Shown here: in pieces, positions 30,283 through 39,603 of the stretch
Layout of the letters: each line of letters begins with the position of its first letter
How positions within the stretch are numbered: the stretch's first letter is position 1
Assembly (NCBI GenBank): GCA_017467445.1
Contig: JAFTSG010000011.1
Location: forward strand, 24,017-88,016
Length of the DNA stretch: 64,000 nt
Direction: 5' to 3'
From: Clostridia bacterium
Lineage (GTDB): Bacteria > Bacillota > Clostridia > RUG12999
Position numbers and translations under genes: made by a program
The notes under the pieces: generated by a model
Databases searched by the model: none
Told to the model about the DNA's origin: nothing
Seen by the model: only the letters and a program-made list of their open reading frames with translations

Positions 30283-30728
30283 AGGGCTCCCTTGTGCAAA
30301 GGGAGCTGTCGAACGCAGTGAGACTGAGGGATTGTTTTTACAAAATTTATTTTTACCCATTACCCTAATCTTAACACTTACAATCCCACCGGGTTTGCTA
30401 CGCAACCCCACCTCCCTTTACACAGGGGAGGCTTTTTGCGGAACGGATAAATCCGTTCCCTACAATAAATTTTGTGATACATCTTCTGTAGGGAATGCAT
30501 TTATGCATTCCGCCTTGCCGGAGCGTATAAATCCGTTCCCTACGATGATAATATTAAAATTTCCGTCTGTCATTCTGAGCGTTAGCGAAGAATCTCACAA
30601 AAGAGATCCTTCGTCGCATTCGCTCCTCAGGATGACAGAAAGGAATTTGCAACACCGCAGGATGTAGGGAATGCCGCAATGCAAACATTCCTCATTCGGA
30701 CCGTTCGCGTTGTGGCGGTCCCTACGGT
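30283..30728 (+). repeat. REP-like mosaic repeat block, locus 1
   Basis: Five hairpin-CTAC units lie at 30440-30463, 30488-30511 (inverted), 30520-30544, 30664-30691 (inverted) and 30698-30727. A long imperfect hairpin GTCATTCTGAGCG..GCTCCTCAGGATGAC spans 30569-30636, and a CCTCCCTTTACACAGGGGAGG hairpin spans 30411-30431. Confidence 0.85.
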
Positions 30729-30737
30729 AATGGGCAT

Positions 30738-30770
30738 AAAAAAAGGACGCGAAATTCGCGTCCTTTTATT
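30738..30770. terminator. bidirectional terminator (S-layer gene / sigG side)
   Basis: Hairpin GGACGCG-aaatt-CGCGTCC, flanked by A7 and TTTTATTT. Confidence 0.75.
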
Positions 30771-30789
30771 TATAGCGTTAGGCTAATTA

Positions 30790-33732
30790 TTAGTCTCTGC
30801 CTTTGAATACAACTGCTTCAACTACTACTACGCCGTTAACTGTTTTGATGAGAGCGATGTCACCATCTTTTGCAACGCCTTCTTCAGCTGTGATAGCACT
30901 GTCAGCTGTGAAGCTTCCGAGGTCACCAGCAAGAACTTTAACGCCTGTAGCATGAGCAAGGTCAACTTCTGTTACGATAGAATCAGCTTTGAGTGTAAGA
31001 ACTTTAGAATCTTCTGCTGTTGCTGCAATTCTATCCTGAATTGTAAGTCTTGTACCTTTGAGTGTAGCAACATAACCAAGGTAGTATGTGTATGTTGTAC
31101 CAGCTACATCTTTTTCACCAACTTTAACAGCTGCTGCATCGAATGCCGGATCCTGTAATGTCGCCGGATCACCTGCCATCGGGTAGAGAGCAGATTTCAT
31201 TGCGGAAGCAGCCTGAACTCTAACGATTTTAGCAGCTTCGCCAGCACCGTTTACGCTATAGAGGATTACATCACCTTTAGCGAGTACGCTTGCATAACCC
31301 TGGTCAGAACCTTCAAGGATTTTGCCAGCATAATCACCTGAAGCAGGTACTGTTGTGTTGTAAACTTTTGCTCCGCCTGATTCTGTAGAAGAGAAGAGTG
31401 TTACTTCTTCGCCATTTACAAGACCTGTAAGCTGAACACCAACAACACCGTCAGCATTTGTTCTTGTAGCTTTGCCTGTGATTACCATGAAGTTAGCAGC
31501 CCAGTCAATTCTACCTGTGATGCCGTATCCAAGGAGGATAGTAGCTTCGCCGTCGTCTGTTGAGTTGAATGCTGTCATTTTGTAGTTAGCTCTGTCAACG
31601 AGAACGTCTTTTGTAGCGATTGCAACAAGATCTTCATCAACAGCTACTGTTGTAGAAACAGTTTCAGGTACTGTAAAGATTACTGTAGCATCTGTAAGAA
31701 CGTTACCATTGTACATTTCTGTTGCAGCATTGTAATCTAAGTTTGATGTGTTACCGTCAGATACGAAATCTGATTCAGCAGCAGGTGTTACATAAAGGTT
31801 GTCGATTTCGCCGTCTGCGTTGAGTTCGTAAGCAACGAGTGTGTTGTAAACGTATTTAGCACTGTTTACAGAGTTGTCACCAAGATCTTTGAAAACATCA
31901 ACTGTGCCTGCAACACCGTCGAGGTCGAAGTCTTTATCAAGAACGTATGTGTTCCATGTTCCTTCTGTATCCATCATTCTGAGTTCCATTGTGTCAGCTG
32001 TGAGACCTGTAGATTCCATAGCTACTGTAACGAAACCGTATTTGAGGTTACCAACTTTAGATGTTTCATCAAGTCCGCAGATGATTCCACGAGCGTTGAT
32101 GTAGAAGTCAGCTTCGTCACCGAGTGTGAGAGAAACTTCGTCGTTGTACGGATATGCAACGCCATCGATATAAACGATTTTGTTTTCTGTGTCAAGACCG
32201 TCGATTTTACCTGATACAGACTGTGTATTGATGATAACAGTACCGTATTTAAGTTCATTTGTGTTTGTTAAACCACCAGCTATGCTGAGAACGTCGTTTT
32301 CAGCAATTGCTGTAAAGTCAACTACTTCACCGTCTTTAACGATTTCGAATGAATATGCATCATTTTCTTCGTCAAGAACGAGTGTTGAAGGCCAAGTACC
32401 CATTAATGCACTTTCCATAGCGCCTTCAGTGATTACTCTGTATTTACGAGCGTTGAGAGATTCAACAACGTAGTCAACATATGCTGTTACATAAGCAATG
32501 TCATAAACGCCGTCGCCTTGCTGGTCAAGAAGTCTGATGTCAGCTTCTGCATCATCAGCAAAGATTGCTGCTGCTGTAAGGCTGTGACCTTCTGAGTTAC
32601 CATTGAGGTAAATTTTAGTAATGTTTACTTCGTATTTTTCAGAAGCATCTTTTGCTTCATCTGTGAAGATAGAAACAAATTTTCTTGCAGATACGAGATC
32701 TGTTTTTGTTTCATCGATTTCTTCTGTTGCGAAAGCGATTTCATTGTAACCAAGATCCTGTTTTTCGATAGCTACGATTACTGCATTTCTTGTTGTAGCA
32801 TCTTTAACGTATACTTCAACTTCGTAATCGATAAGAGCTTCAGCTTTTGCAACTGCATCTGCTGTAGCTTTAAGTTTTGTAGCACTCATTAAGTTTGTAA
32901 GATCAGGTTTTGTTCCAGGGTAATTAAATGCAACCCAAGCACCTTCGTTGTTAGATTTGAGAGCTGCATATTTGTATGTCGCGCCTGTAAGATCATCAGT
33001 AAAATCAAGTTTGATTTCATCATCTTTTACATCAGCTGTTTTAGCTGTGCCTTCGATTGTAGCTTTAACTTTAACAACACCGATTCTGTTGAGGAGAAGA
33101 GTATTGTCGTAGTCGTATTTAACTTCGTCACCGAAGCCTGTCTGAGACATCATAGGAACTTCAAGAGCGTTGTAAGCGAGCTGAGCTACAACACCACGAG
33201 ATGCTGCAACGCCTGCTTTACCGTCTGTAATTCCATCAAGAATACCAGCCTGAGCTGCTACGATCTGGAATCCACCCGGGTATCCGCCGTTAGCTTCAGC
33301 AACTATTGTCTGTCCAAGAGCTGCTACAACCATTTTGATTGCCTGTTCGTAAGTTACGTTGTCTTCCGGACCGAAGTTTCCGTCGCCGTAACCGTTAACG
33401 ATACCCTGCTGTGCAGCAAGTGCGATTGCACCGGATGCCCAGTGATCAGCCGGTACGTCGTTAAACGGAGCATAGCTAGCAGGAACTTCTGCTGTAGCAC
33501 CGTATCCGAGGAGACGGCAAACTACCATTGCAAATTCTGCTCTGGTGATGTCACCTTCCGGTTTGAATGTTCCGTCTTCATAACCTTTGAGCATGTCAAG
33601 GCTGCTAAGAACGGAAACAGCTTCTGCGTAGTTAGCATCGTCAGCTACATCTGTGTAAGCAGCAAAGCTTACCATTGATAAAGCCATAACTAATGCGAGA
33701 ACTACTGCTAAAACTTTTGATAAGTTCTTCAT
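30790..33732 (-). CDS. S-layer protein with three N-terminal SLH domains
   Basis: 980 aa with a signal peptide (MKNLSKVLAVVLALVMALSMVSFA). SLH repeats include FTDVADDANYAEAV..L..L.GYEDGTFKP and FNDVPADHWASGAI. The remainder is long, acidic and Thr/Val-rich. The RBS GGAGGAG and promoter are strong. Confidence 0.85.
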   Translation of the reverse strand: MKNLSKVLAVVLALVMALSMVSFAAYTDVADDANYAEAVSVLSSLDMLKGYEDGTFKPEGDITRAEFAMVVCRLLGYGATAEVPASYAPFNDVPADHWASGAIALAAQQGIVNGYGDGNFGPEDNVTYEQAIKMVVAALGQTIVAEANGGYPGGFQIVAAQAGILDGITDGKAGVAASRGVVAQLAYNALEVPMMSQTGFGDEVKYDYDNTLLLNRIGVVKVKATIEGTAKTADVKDDEIKLDFTDDLTGATYKYAALKSNNEGAWVAFNYPGTKPDLTNLMSATKLKATADAVAKAEALIDYEVEVYVKDATTRNAVIVAIEKQDLGYNEIAFATEEIDETKTDLVSARKFVSIFTDEAKDASEKYEVNITKIYLNGNSEGHSLTAAAIFADDAEADIRLLDQQGDGVYDIAYVTAYVDYVVESLNARKYRVITEGAMESALMGTWPSTLVLDEENDAYSFEIVKDGEVVDFTAIAENDVLSIAGGLTNTNELKYGTVIINTQSVSGKIDGLDTENKIVYIDGVAYPYNDEVSLTLGDEADFYINARGIICGLDETSKVGNLKYGFVTVAMESTGLTADTMELRMMDTEGTWNTYVLDKDFDLDGVAGTVDVFKDLGDNSVNSAKYVYNTLVAYELNADGEIDNLYVTPAAESDFVSDGNTSNLDYNAATEMYNGNVLTDATVIFTVPETVSTTVAVDEDLVAIATKDVLVDRANYKMTAFNSTDDGEATILLGYGITGRIDWAANFMVITGKATRTNADGVVGVQLTGLVNGEEVTLFSSTESGGAKVYNTTVPASGDYAGKILEGSDQGYASVLAKGDVILYSVNGAGEAAKIVRVQAASAMKSALYPMAGDPATLQDPAFDAAAVKVGEKDVAGTTYTYYLGYVATLKGTRLTIQDRIAATAEDSKVLTLKADSIVTEVDLAHATGVKVLAGDLGSFTADSAITAEEGVAKDGDIALIKTVNGVVVVEAVVFKGRD

Positions 33733-33813
33733 TAGAACTCCTCCTTATAAAAAATTTATTTTTTTATCACCTTTAATAGGCGTGGTACACACTTTTACTG
33801 TACCCTTGCGTTG

Positions 33814-33843
33814 ATTATAACACTACAAAAGCACCAATGTCAA
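33814..33843 (-). promoter_or_regulatory. near-consensus sigma-A-type promoter of the S-layer gene
   Basis: The minus strand reads TTGACA (33843-33838), an 18-nt spacer, then TGtTATAAT (-10 hexamer at 33819-33814). This implies a 5' UTR of about 75 nt. Confidence 0.6.
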
Positions 33844-34047
33844 GCGTTTATGCAATATGTAACGAAAATGTAACTTATTTCGTAACAATGTTACAAAAAC
33901 ACCCGAGTCCGTACCTTATATAATAATATAATCAACATAAGAGTACAACAGGATTATTTGCCGTTAAACAAACATTTCCCGATAGTATACCCATATCATT
34001 ATACCAAACCAAAATTTGGTTGTCAATGAAAATTTTTCTTTTTTCGA

Positions 34048-35226
34048 TTATTTTTTTACACCTTTTGACCCAAATCCCAGTTCAAGGATGTTTGTGTCAT
34101 ATGAGAATGTAAGATTTTTGCGTTTGCGGTCGCGTTTTAATGCAAGGCGGACAAGTTCATCAATTATTTCATTAAACTCTACACCTGCTTCTTTCCACAG
34201 ATAGAACGAAAGCGAGCCCGGAATTGTGTTTATTTCGTTTACAAAAATTTCGCCGCTGTCTTTATCTATCATACAGTCAACTCTTGATACGCCGCAGCAG
34301 CCAAGTGCTTTGAATGTATCGGCAACATATGAACGAATTTTTGTTTCGGTTTCTTTATCAAGGTCGGCAGGAACTTTTCGGTCAAGACTTGCCATTCCGC
34401 CGCTTTCGCTGGTTTTTCCTTTGCCGCCTTTCATATATTTATCTTTATATGAAAGAATTTCGTCGCCGGAGAAGGGTTCTTCGCAAACGGAAGTTTTTAC
34501 CTCGTCTACATCTCCCATTGCGGAGCAGTTTATTTCGCGGAGGGCAGTTATTGCCTTTTCTACCAGAATTTTTTCTGAATATGACGCTGCTTCATCAACA
34601 GCTTCTTTAAGCTCATCCTGATTTTTTGCTATTTTTATGCCTACGCTTGAGCCAAGGGACGCAGGTTTTACGATTACCGGATATCCGATTTTTTCAATTT
34701 TAGAAATTATTTCTTCCGGAGTTTCAACCCAAGCCCTTGTATAGAAATATTCACACGGCAGTACAGGAACACCGTTTGCCTGCAGAATTTGTTTCATAAG
34801 CACCTTGTCCATACCGAGTGCGGACGAAGCTGTATCGCAACCTGCGTACGGTACCATAAGTGTTTCAAGATAGCCCTGCAGGTTGCCGTCTTCTCCCCAG
34901 GTGCCGTGCATTACGGGAATTACAACATCCACCGTGCCGATTACTCCGCCAAAAAGGGCCCTTGGATATTTTTCTATTTTTACCGACTGTCCGTCATTTA
35001 CAAGAATGACTCTGCTTGCTTTTCCCAAAAGTTCTTTTACATTTTTGAACGCATCAACGCTTGTCATTTCAGGATGCGTATACATCATTCCGTCTTTTGC
35101 TATGTAAATCGGAATTATGTCGTATTTGGTTTTGTCCGCCGCCGCCATTGCCTGCTGGGCAGATATTACGGAGATTTCATGTTCAACGGAGCGTCCGCCA
35201 AACATAAATGCAAGTTGTGTTTTCAT
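34048..35226 (-). CDS. ddl: D-alanine--D-alanine ligase (long form)
   Basis: 392 aa with the N-terminal FGGRSVEHEISVISA and an ATP-grasp core (GYPVIVKPASLGSSVGI, EINTIPG). Confidence 0.85.
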   Translation of the reverse strand: MKTQLAFMFGGRSVEHEISVISAQQAMAAADKTKYDIIPIYIAKDGMMYTHPEMTSVDAFKNVKELLGKASRVILVNDGQSVKIEKYPRALFGGVIGTVDVVIPVMHGTWGEDGNLQGYLETLMVPYAGCDTASSALGMDKVLMKQILQANGVPVLPCEYFYTRAWVETPEEIISKIEKIGYPVIVKPASLGSSVGIKIAKNQDELKEAVDEAASYSEKILVEKAITALREINCSAMGDVDEVKTSVCEEPFSGDEILSYKDKYMKGGKGKTSESGGMASLDRKVPADLDKETETKIRSYVADTFKALGCCGVSRVDCMIDKDSGEIFVNEINTIPGSLSFYLWKEAGVEFNEIIDELVRLALKRDRKRKNLTFSYDTNILELGFGSKGVKK

Positions 35227-35273
35227 AAAAAATTCCTCTCCTTATATATAATAGGTAATAAATACAACTAAAT

Positions 35274-35469
35274 TCGGAACGACACACAGGTCGTTCCCTA
35301 CGATGTCGGTCATCCTGAGGAGCCTCTGCGACGAAGGATCTATGAGATTCTTCGCTAACGCTCAGAATGACATTCCGGAACGTTCGCATTGTGTCGTTCC
35401 CTACGGGGGTTGTTTTTTACAATCCCTCCACCGCTACGCGGTCCCCCTCCCTTTACACAAGGGAGGCGG
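35274..35469 (-). repeat. REP-like mosaic repeat block, locus 2 (between murF-like and ddl)
   Basis: Hairpin-CTAC units lie at 35276-35302 and 35377-35406. The long hairpin at 35309-35371 is the inverted copy of 30569-30636. GGGGTTGTTTTTTACAATCCCTCC and CCCTCCCTTTACACAAGGGAGG modules fill 35405-35466. Confidence 0.85.
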
Positions 35470-37047
35470 TTACAGGTATAAATCGGGCAGGTCGTTTTCA
35501 AGAAGTACAGTCCACTTTCCGCCCGCTGTGATTTCACGCATTTTTGCAAGAGCATCGTTTAAATCTTTTGCAACATAAAGTTTATTTTCATCAAACTTTT
35601 TATCTTCAAGTCCTTTTTTAATAGGAAGCGTTTGTTTTTCGCCTACGAGTATAATATAATCACACGAAGAAGATGCCTGACGGCCGAACTCAAAATTATA
35701 TTCATATTCTTTATCGCCAAGCTCTACCATACCGGGTGTTATGAGCATTCTGCCGTCCGGGAATGAAGACAGCACTTCAAGTGCAGACGCAGCGCCTGCG
35801 GTGTTTGAATTGAACGCATCATCAATTATTGTAAGATTTCCGTTCTTTTTCATTTCAAGGCGGTGCTCTACGGGTTTTAATTTTTTTATTGCAAAGGCAA
35901 TATCCTTTTCGGAAACACCTAAGCGTATTGCCATAGCCGCAGCACCAACAATATTTTCTATGTTATGCTTACCAAGAAGCTTGGTTTCAAGTTTTACCGG
36001 CGAAATATCTTTGCCGCAAAGAGTGAATTTTGCGCCGTCCGGACCGTAGGAAACATCCTGTGCCCAAAAGACAGATTTATCTGTTTTGTCGCAGGAATAA
36101 TACAGTGCGCCATCTACCGCATTTTCGGCTATAATCTGTGAGCCGCCGTTTAAAATAAGGTTTTCTTTATTTTCCACTGCGTCCGCAAGCTCAAGCTTTG
36201 TTTTAATTATATTATCGATTCCTCCGAAAGTTTCCAGATGCTGCGGTCCGATTGACGTAATTATTCCGTACTCGGGATGTACAATATCGCAGATTTCCTT
36301 GATATCACCAACATATTTGGCACCCATTTCGCACACAAAAATTTCGTATGCAGGAGTAAGCTTTTCACGGATTGTACGTACAACACCCATTGTTGTATTA
36401 TAGCTTTCAGGGGTACATAGGGTATGATATTTTTCCGATAAAATAGATGTAAGTATGAATTTTGAGCTTGTTTTTCCGTAGCTGCCGGTAATGCCGATTA
36501 CTTTAAGGTTTGGCATGCCCGCAATCTTTTTCTTTGCATCGTTTACAAACCAATGATTTATGTATAGTTCCATCGGGCGGTTTATTATGTTTACAAGTGC
36601 AACATAAAGGAATGAAAGCAGGTTCAGAAGCGCGAAAGTAACAAGTAGCGGGTATATGTTTTCTTTATATACTAAAACCAATATAGCTATTAATGCCAAC
36701 ACAAGTACGCTTGCCGTTACGATAAGGCGTTTTACCCTTGCCGTTACAACAAGCGGTTTTTTTGCGGCAGGTTTTTGACTTATGCAAAACCACGCCGAGA
36801 AAAGGTTAATTACCGAATATATTATTGCAGAAACAAAGCTGCTACCTGTAAGTGCAAGTGCGCACAAGAATACGATAACGGGCATAAGGTCGCACACGGA
36901 CACGTTTTTGGAAAGGTTTTTTACCGTCCATTCAAGGTAGTGCGAATTGAAATATGATTCCTGCTGCAGCATATGAAATCCTGTTTTCAGTTTTGCCGCA
37001 AAATATATCAAAAATGTTATGACACAAATTACTGTCATTATAATCAT
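35470..37047 (-). CDS. MurF-like Mur ligase with N-terminal polytopic membrane domain
   Basis: 525 aa. Residues 1 to ~165 form about 5 hydrophobic helices. The Mur-ligase central domain (GITGSYGKTSS) and a C-terminal domain with IDDAFNSN (MurF-type DDxYNANP) follow. Confidence 0.7.
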   Translation of the reverse strand: MIIMTVICVITFLIYFAAKLKTGFHMLQQESYFNSHYLEWTVKNLSKNVSVCDLMPVIVFLCALALTGSSFVSAIIYSVINLFSAWFCISQKPAAKKPLVVTARVKRLIVTASVLVLALIAILVLVYKENIYPLLVTFALLNLLSFLYVALVNIINRPMELYINHWFVNDAKKKIAGMPNLKVIGITGSYGKTSSKFILTSILSEKYHTLCTPESYNTTMGVVRTIREKLTPAYEIFVCEMGAKYVGDIKEICDIVHPEYGIITSIGPQHLETFGGIDNIIKTKLELADAVENKENLILNGGSQIIAENAVDGALYYSCDKTDKSVFWAQDVSYGPDGAKFTLCGKDISPVKLETKLLGKHNIENIVGAAAMAIRLGVSEKDIAFAIKKLKPVEHRLEMKKNGNLTIIDDAFNSNTAGAASALEVLSSFPDGRMLITPGMVELGDKEYEYNFEFGRQASSSCDYIILVGEKQTLPIKKGLEDKKFDENKLYVAKDLNDALAKMREITAGGKWTVLLENDLPDLYL

Positions 37048-37811
37048 TTTTCCACATCCTTTTCAAGGAATTTATTGGCGATTACCCCAAAATCGCCCGG
37101 GCGGTCAAGATAGGAAAAATGGCCTGCACCCGAAAGTACGCAAAGTCCTGCATCGGGGATAAGCTTTTCCATAAGCTCGGCATCCGACAGGGGAGTTGCG
37201 TCATCCTTATCGCCCCAGATAAGCAGGGTCGGTACGGCAATATCTTTAAGATATCCGCTCAAATCCTCGTTTACAACACGCACCATAATGGTGCGCATTG
37301 TGGGGTTTGCATTTTTATAATCAGCTGAGCCGAATTTTGATTTAAGCTTTTCCGCTGCTTCCGCTGAAAATCTGCCGACAAGTCGGGCAAGGCGTTTTGC
37401 CAGTTTATATGAATAAACTTTTATGTAATATCCCGCACCGCGTTTGGGTTTTATTCCCGCGCTGTCAACAAGAATGATTTTGTTTATATCTATCATCTTT
37501 TTTCCGGCAAGAATTATTGCAAGTCTGCCGCCGAAAGAATGGCCGATGAGTATGGGGTTTTTGATTGCCGTTTCGCCTATAAATTTTTTCATAAAATCCG
37601 CATAGGAATATACATCCCACTGTGCAGGCGGAATGTCGCTTTTTCCAAATCCCGGCAGGTCAAGCGTCCATACACGGAAATTCTTTTCTAAGCTTGCGGC
37701 TATCGGACGGACAGCGTCCGCACACGCACCCCATCCATGCATTACAAGAACGTCTTTTCCTTCACCTGATACGTTATAATTGATTTTCAGATTATCAATA
37801 CAGATTTCCAA
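37044..37811 (-). CDS. alpha/beta-fold hydrolase
   Basis: 255 aa with the HGWG oxyanion region and the nucleophile elbow GHSFGG. It overlaps the murF-like start by ATGA. Confidence 0.75.
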   Translation of the reverse strand: MEICIDNLKINYNVSGEGKDVLVMHGWGACADAVRPIAASLEKNFRVWTLDLPGFGKSDIPPAQWDVYSYADFMKKFIGETAIKNPILIGHSFGGRLAIILAGKKMIDINKIILVDSAGIKPKRGAGYYIKVYSYKLAKRLARLVGRFSAEAAEKLKSKFGSADYKNANPTMRTIMVRVVNEDLSGYLKDIAVPTLLIWGDKDDATPLSDAELMEKLIPDAGLCVLSGAGHFSYLDRPGDFGVIANKFLEKDVEK

Positions 37812-37824
37812 AATTAAAACCCCT

Positions 37825-38202
37825 CTATTTCAAAATAAGACCTACAAGCTCGTCAATTCGGGCGGTGTTGCCCGTTAAGTACAGGTAGCCGACAAGCGTT
37901 TCAAGACCAGTGGCACGTTTATACACGTTTATATCCGTATTTTTCGGTACGGTATGCGGTTTTGCGTTGCGCCCGCGTTTATAAACCGCCGTTTCCTCTT
38001 CCGTAAGATGCGGTTCGATTATATCCATAATTTTGCACTGCGCATTTGCCGACACATAATCTTTCGCAAGTTTATGAAGCTTGTTTACCGGCATATTAGC
38101 CTTTTCAAGCAGATGCCGTCTTATTATTGTTTCATAAACGGCATCACCCATATATGCAAGCGCAAGTGCGCCGTACATTTTAAAGTCCTGCACTTGTATC
38201 AC
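37825..38202 (-). CDS. mrnC: mini-ribonuclease 3
   Basis: 125 aa with ALAYMGDAVYE. It keeps the conserved position after cysS. Confidence 0.85.
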   Translation of the reverse strand: MIQVQDFKMYGALALAYMGDAVYETIIRRHLLEKANMPVNKLHKLAKDYVSANAQCKIMDIIEPHLTEEETAVYKRGRNAKPHTVPKNTDINVYKRATGLETLVGYLYLTGNTARIDELVGLILK

Positions 38203-38205
38203 CCT

Positions 38206-39603
38206 TTATTTATTGTAAATTATCTGAACACCCTGTCTTGTATCTTTAAGGGTTATTCCCATTTCAAGAAGCTTATCCCTTATTTCGTCAGCTTTGGCAA
38301 AATCTTTATCAGCACGTGCCTTTTGACGTGCATCAATAAGGTCCTGCACTTCTTTCGGAATGGGTTTTGTAACTTCTTTCTGCAAAAGTCCGAGCACACC
38401 GCCAAGTTCGCGGATAAGAGCTATGATTTTTTCTGCATATTCTTTTGAAACAGTGCCGTTTACTGTCATATTAACTTCTTTTACAAGATTGAAAATTGCG
38501 CTTATTGCAGATGCGGTGTTTACGTCGTCATCCATTGCATCTGTAAATTCCTGTTTAAATTTGAGAAGATTTTCAAATGCTTTTGTTTCGTCTGCCGTAA
38601 TTGTGCCGTCTGCGGAATCAAGCATAAATGTAAGCTTTTCAAGACATGTATATATACGTTCAAGACCGTTTTTCGACTGTTCCATAAGATCTTTTGAGAA
38701 GTTAATCGGACTTCTGTAATGAGCGGAAAGCATAAAGAAACGGATTACTTCGTAATCGAATTCTTTTGCAACATCACGTACTGTAAAGAAGTTACCGAGT
38801 GATTTTGACATTTTACGGTTATCAACATTGATATATCCGTTGTGGAGCCAGTAATTTGCAAAAGGTTTGCCGTTGGCACATTCACTCTGTGCAATTTCGT
38901 TTTCGTGGTGCGGGAAAATAAGGTCTTTACCGCCGCTGTGGATATCGATTGTAGGTGCAAGGAATTTGTTTGCCATTACAGAACATTCGATATGCCAGCC
39001 GGGTCTGCCCATTCCCCACGGGCTTTCCCATGCGGGTTCGCCCTCTTTTTGTTTTTTCCAGAGTGCAAAGTCCATTGCATCCTGTTTACGGCTGTCAACC
39101 TCAATTCTTGCGCCGGCTTCCAAATCTTCAAGTGGCTGATGCGAAAGCTTGCCATATTCGGCAAATTTTTTGGTTGAAAAATAAACATCGCCGTCAACTG
39201 CATATGCAAAGCCTTTATCTTCAAGGTCTTTTACCATTTTGATGATTTCGGCAATATTGTCGGTTGCACACGGATGTACGCTTGCTTCCTTAATTCCAAG
39301 CCCTTTTGCGTCAATAAAATATTCGTCAATATACTGCTGTGCAAGTTCTTTTACTGTGATACCGAGTTCGTTTGCTTTATTTATCATTTTATCGTCAATA
39401 TCGGTAAAGTTCTGTACAAACTTTACTTTATATCCGGTATATTCAAAATATCTGCGCAGTGTATCAAAAATGATGAACGGACGCGCGTTTCCTATATGAA
39501 AATAATTGTATACCGTAGGTCCGCAGGAGTACATAAGCACCTTTCCCGGATTTATCGGCTTAAATTCTTCTTTTTTACCCGTAAGGCTGTTAAACAGTTT
39601 CAT
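38206..39603 (-). CDS. cysS: cysteinyl-tRNA synthetase
   Basis: 465 aa with the HIGH-type motif HIGNARPF and KMSKSLGN. Confidence 0.95.
   Translation of the reverse strand: MKLFNSLTGKKEEFKPINPGKVLMYSCGPTVYNYFHIGNARPFIIFDTLRRYFEYTGYKVKFVQNFTDIDDKMINKANELGITVKELAQQYIDEYFIDAKGLGIKEASVHPCATDNIAEIIKMVKDLEDKGFAYAVDGDVYFSTKKFAEYGKLSHQPLEDLEAGARIEVDSRKQDAMDFALWKKQKEGEPAWESPWGMGRPGWHIECSVMANKFLAPTIDIHSGGKDLIFPHHENEIAQSECANGKPFANYWLHNGYINVDNRKMSKSLGNFFTVRDVAKEFDYEVIRFFMLSAHYRSPINFSKDLMEQSKNGLERIYTCLEKLTFMLDSADGTITADETKAFENLLKFKQEFTDAMDDDVNTASAISAIFNLVKEVNMTVNGTVSKEYAEKIIALIRELGGVLGLLQKEVTKPIPKEVQDLIDARQKARADKDFAKADEIRDKLLEMGITLKDTRQGVQIIYNK

Noticed and set aside
30272-30667. A 131-aa ORF after sigG, plus the similar ORFs 35183-35389, 35303-35578, 52254-52559 and 57182-57436.
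   Set aside because: They read straight through REP-like repeat modules (VILSVSEESH, GTDKSVPY and the like) and have no RBS. The 'conservation' between them is DNA-repeat identity, not protein homology.
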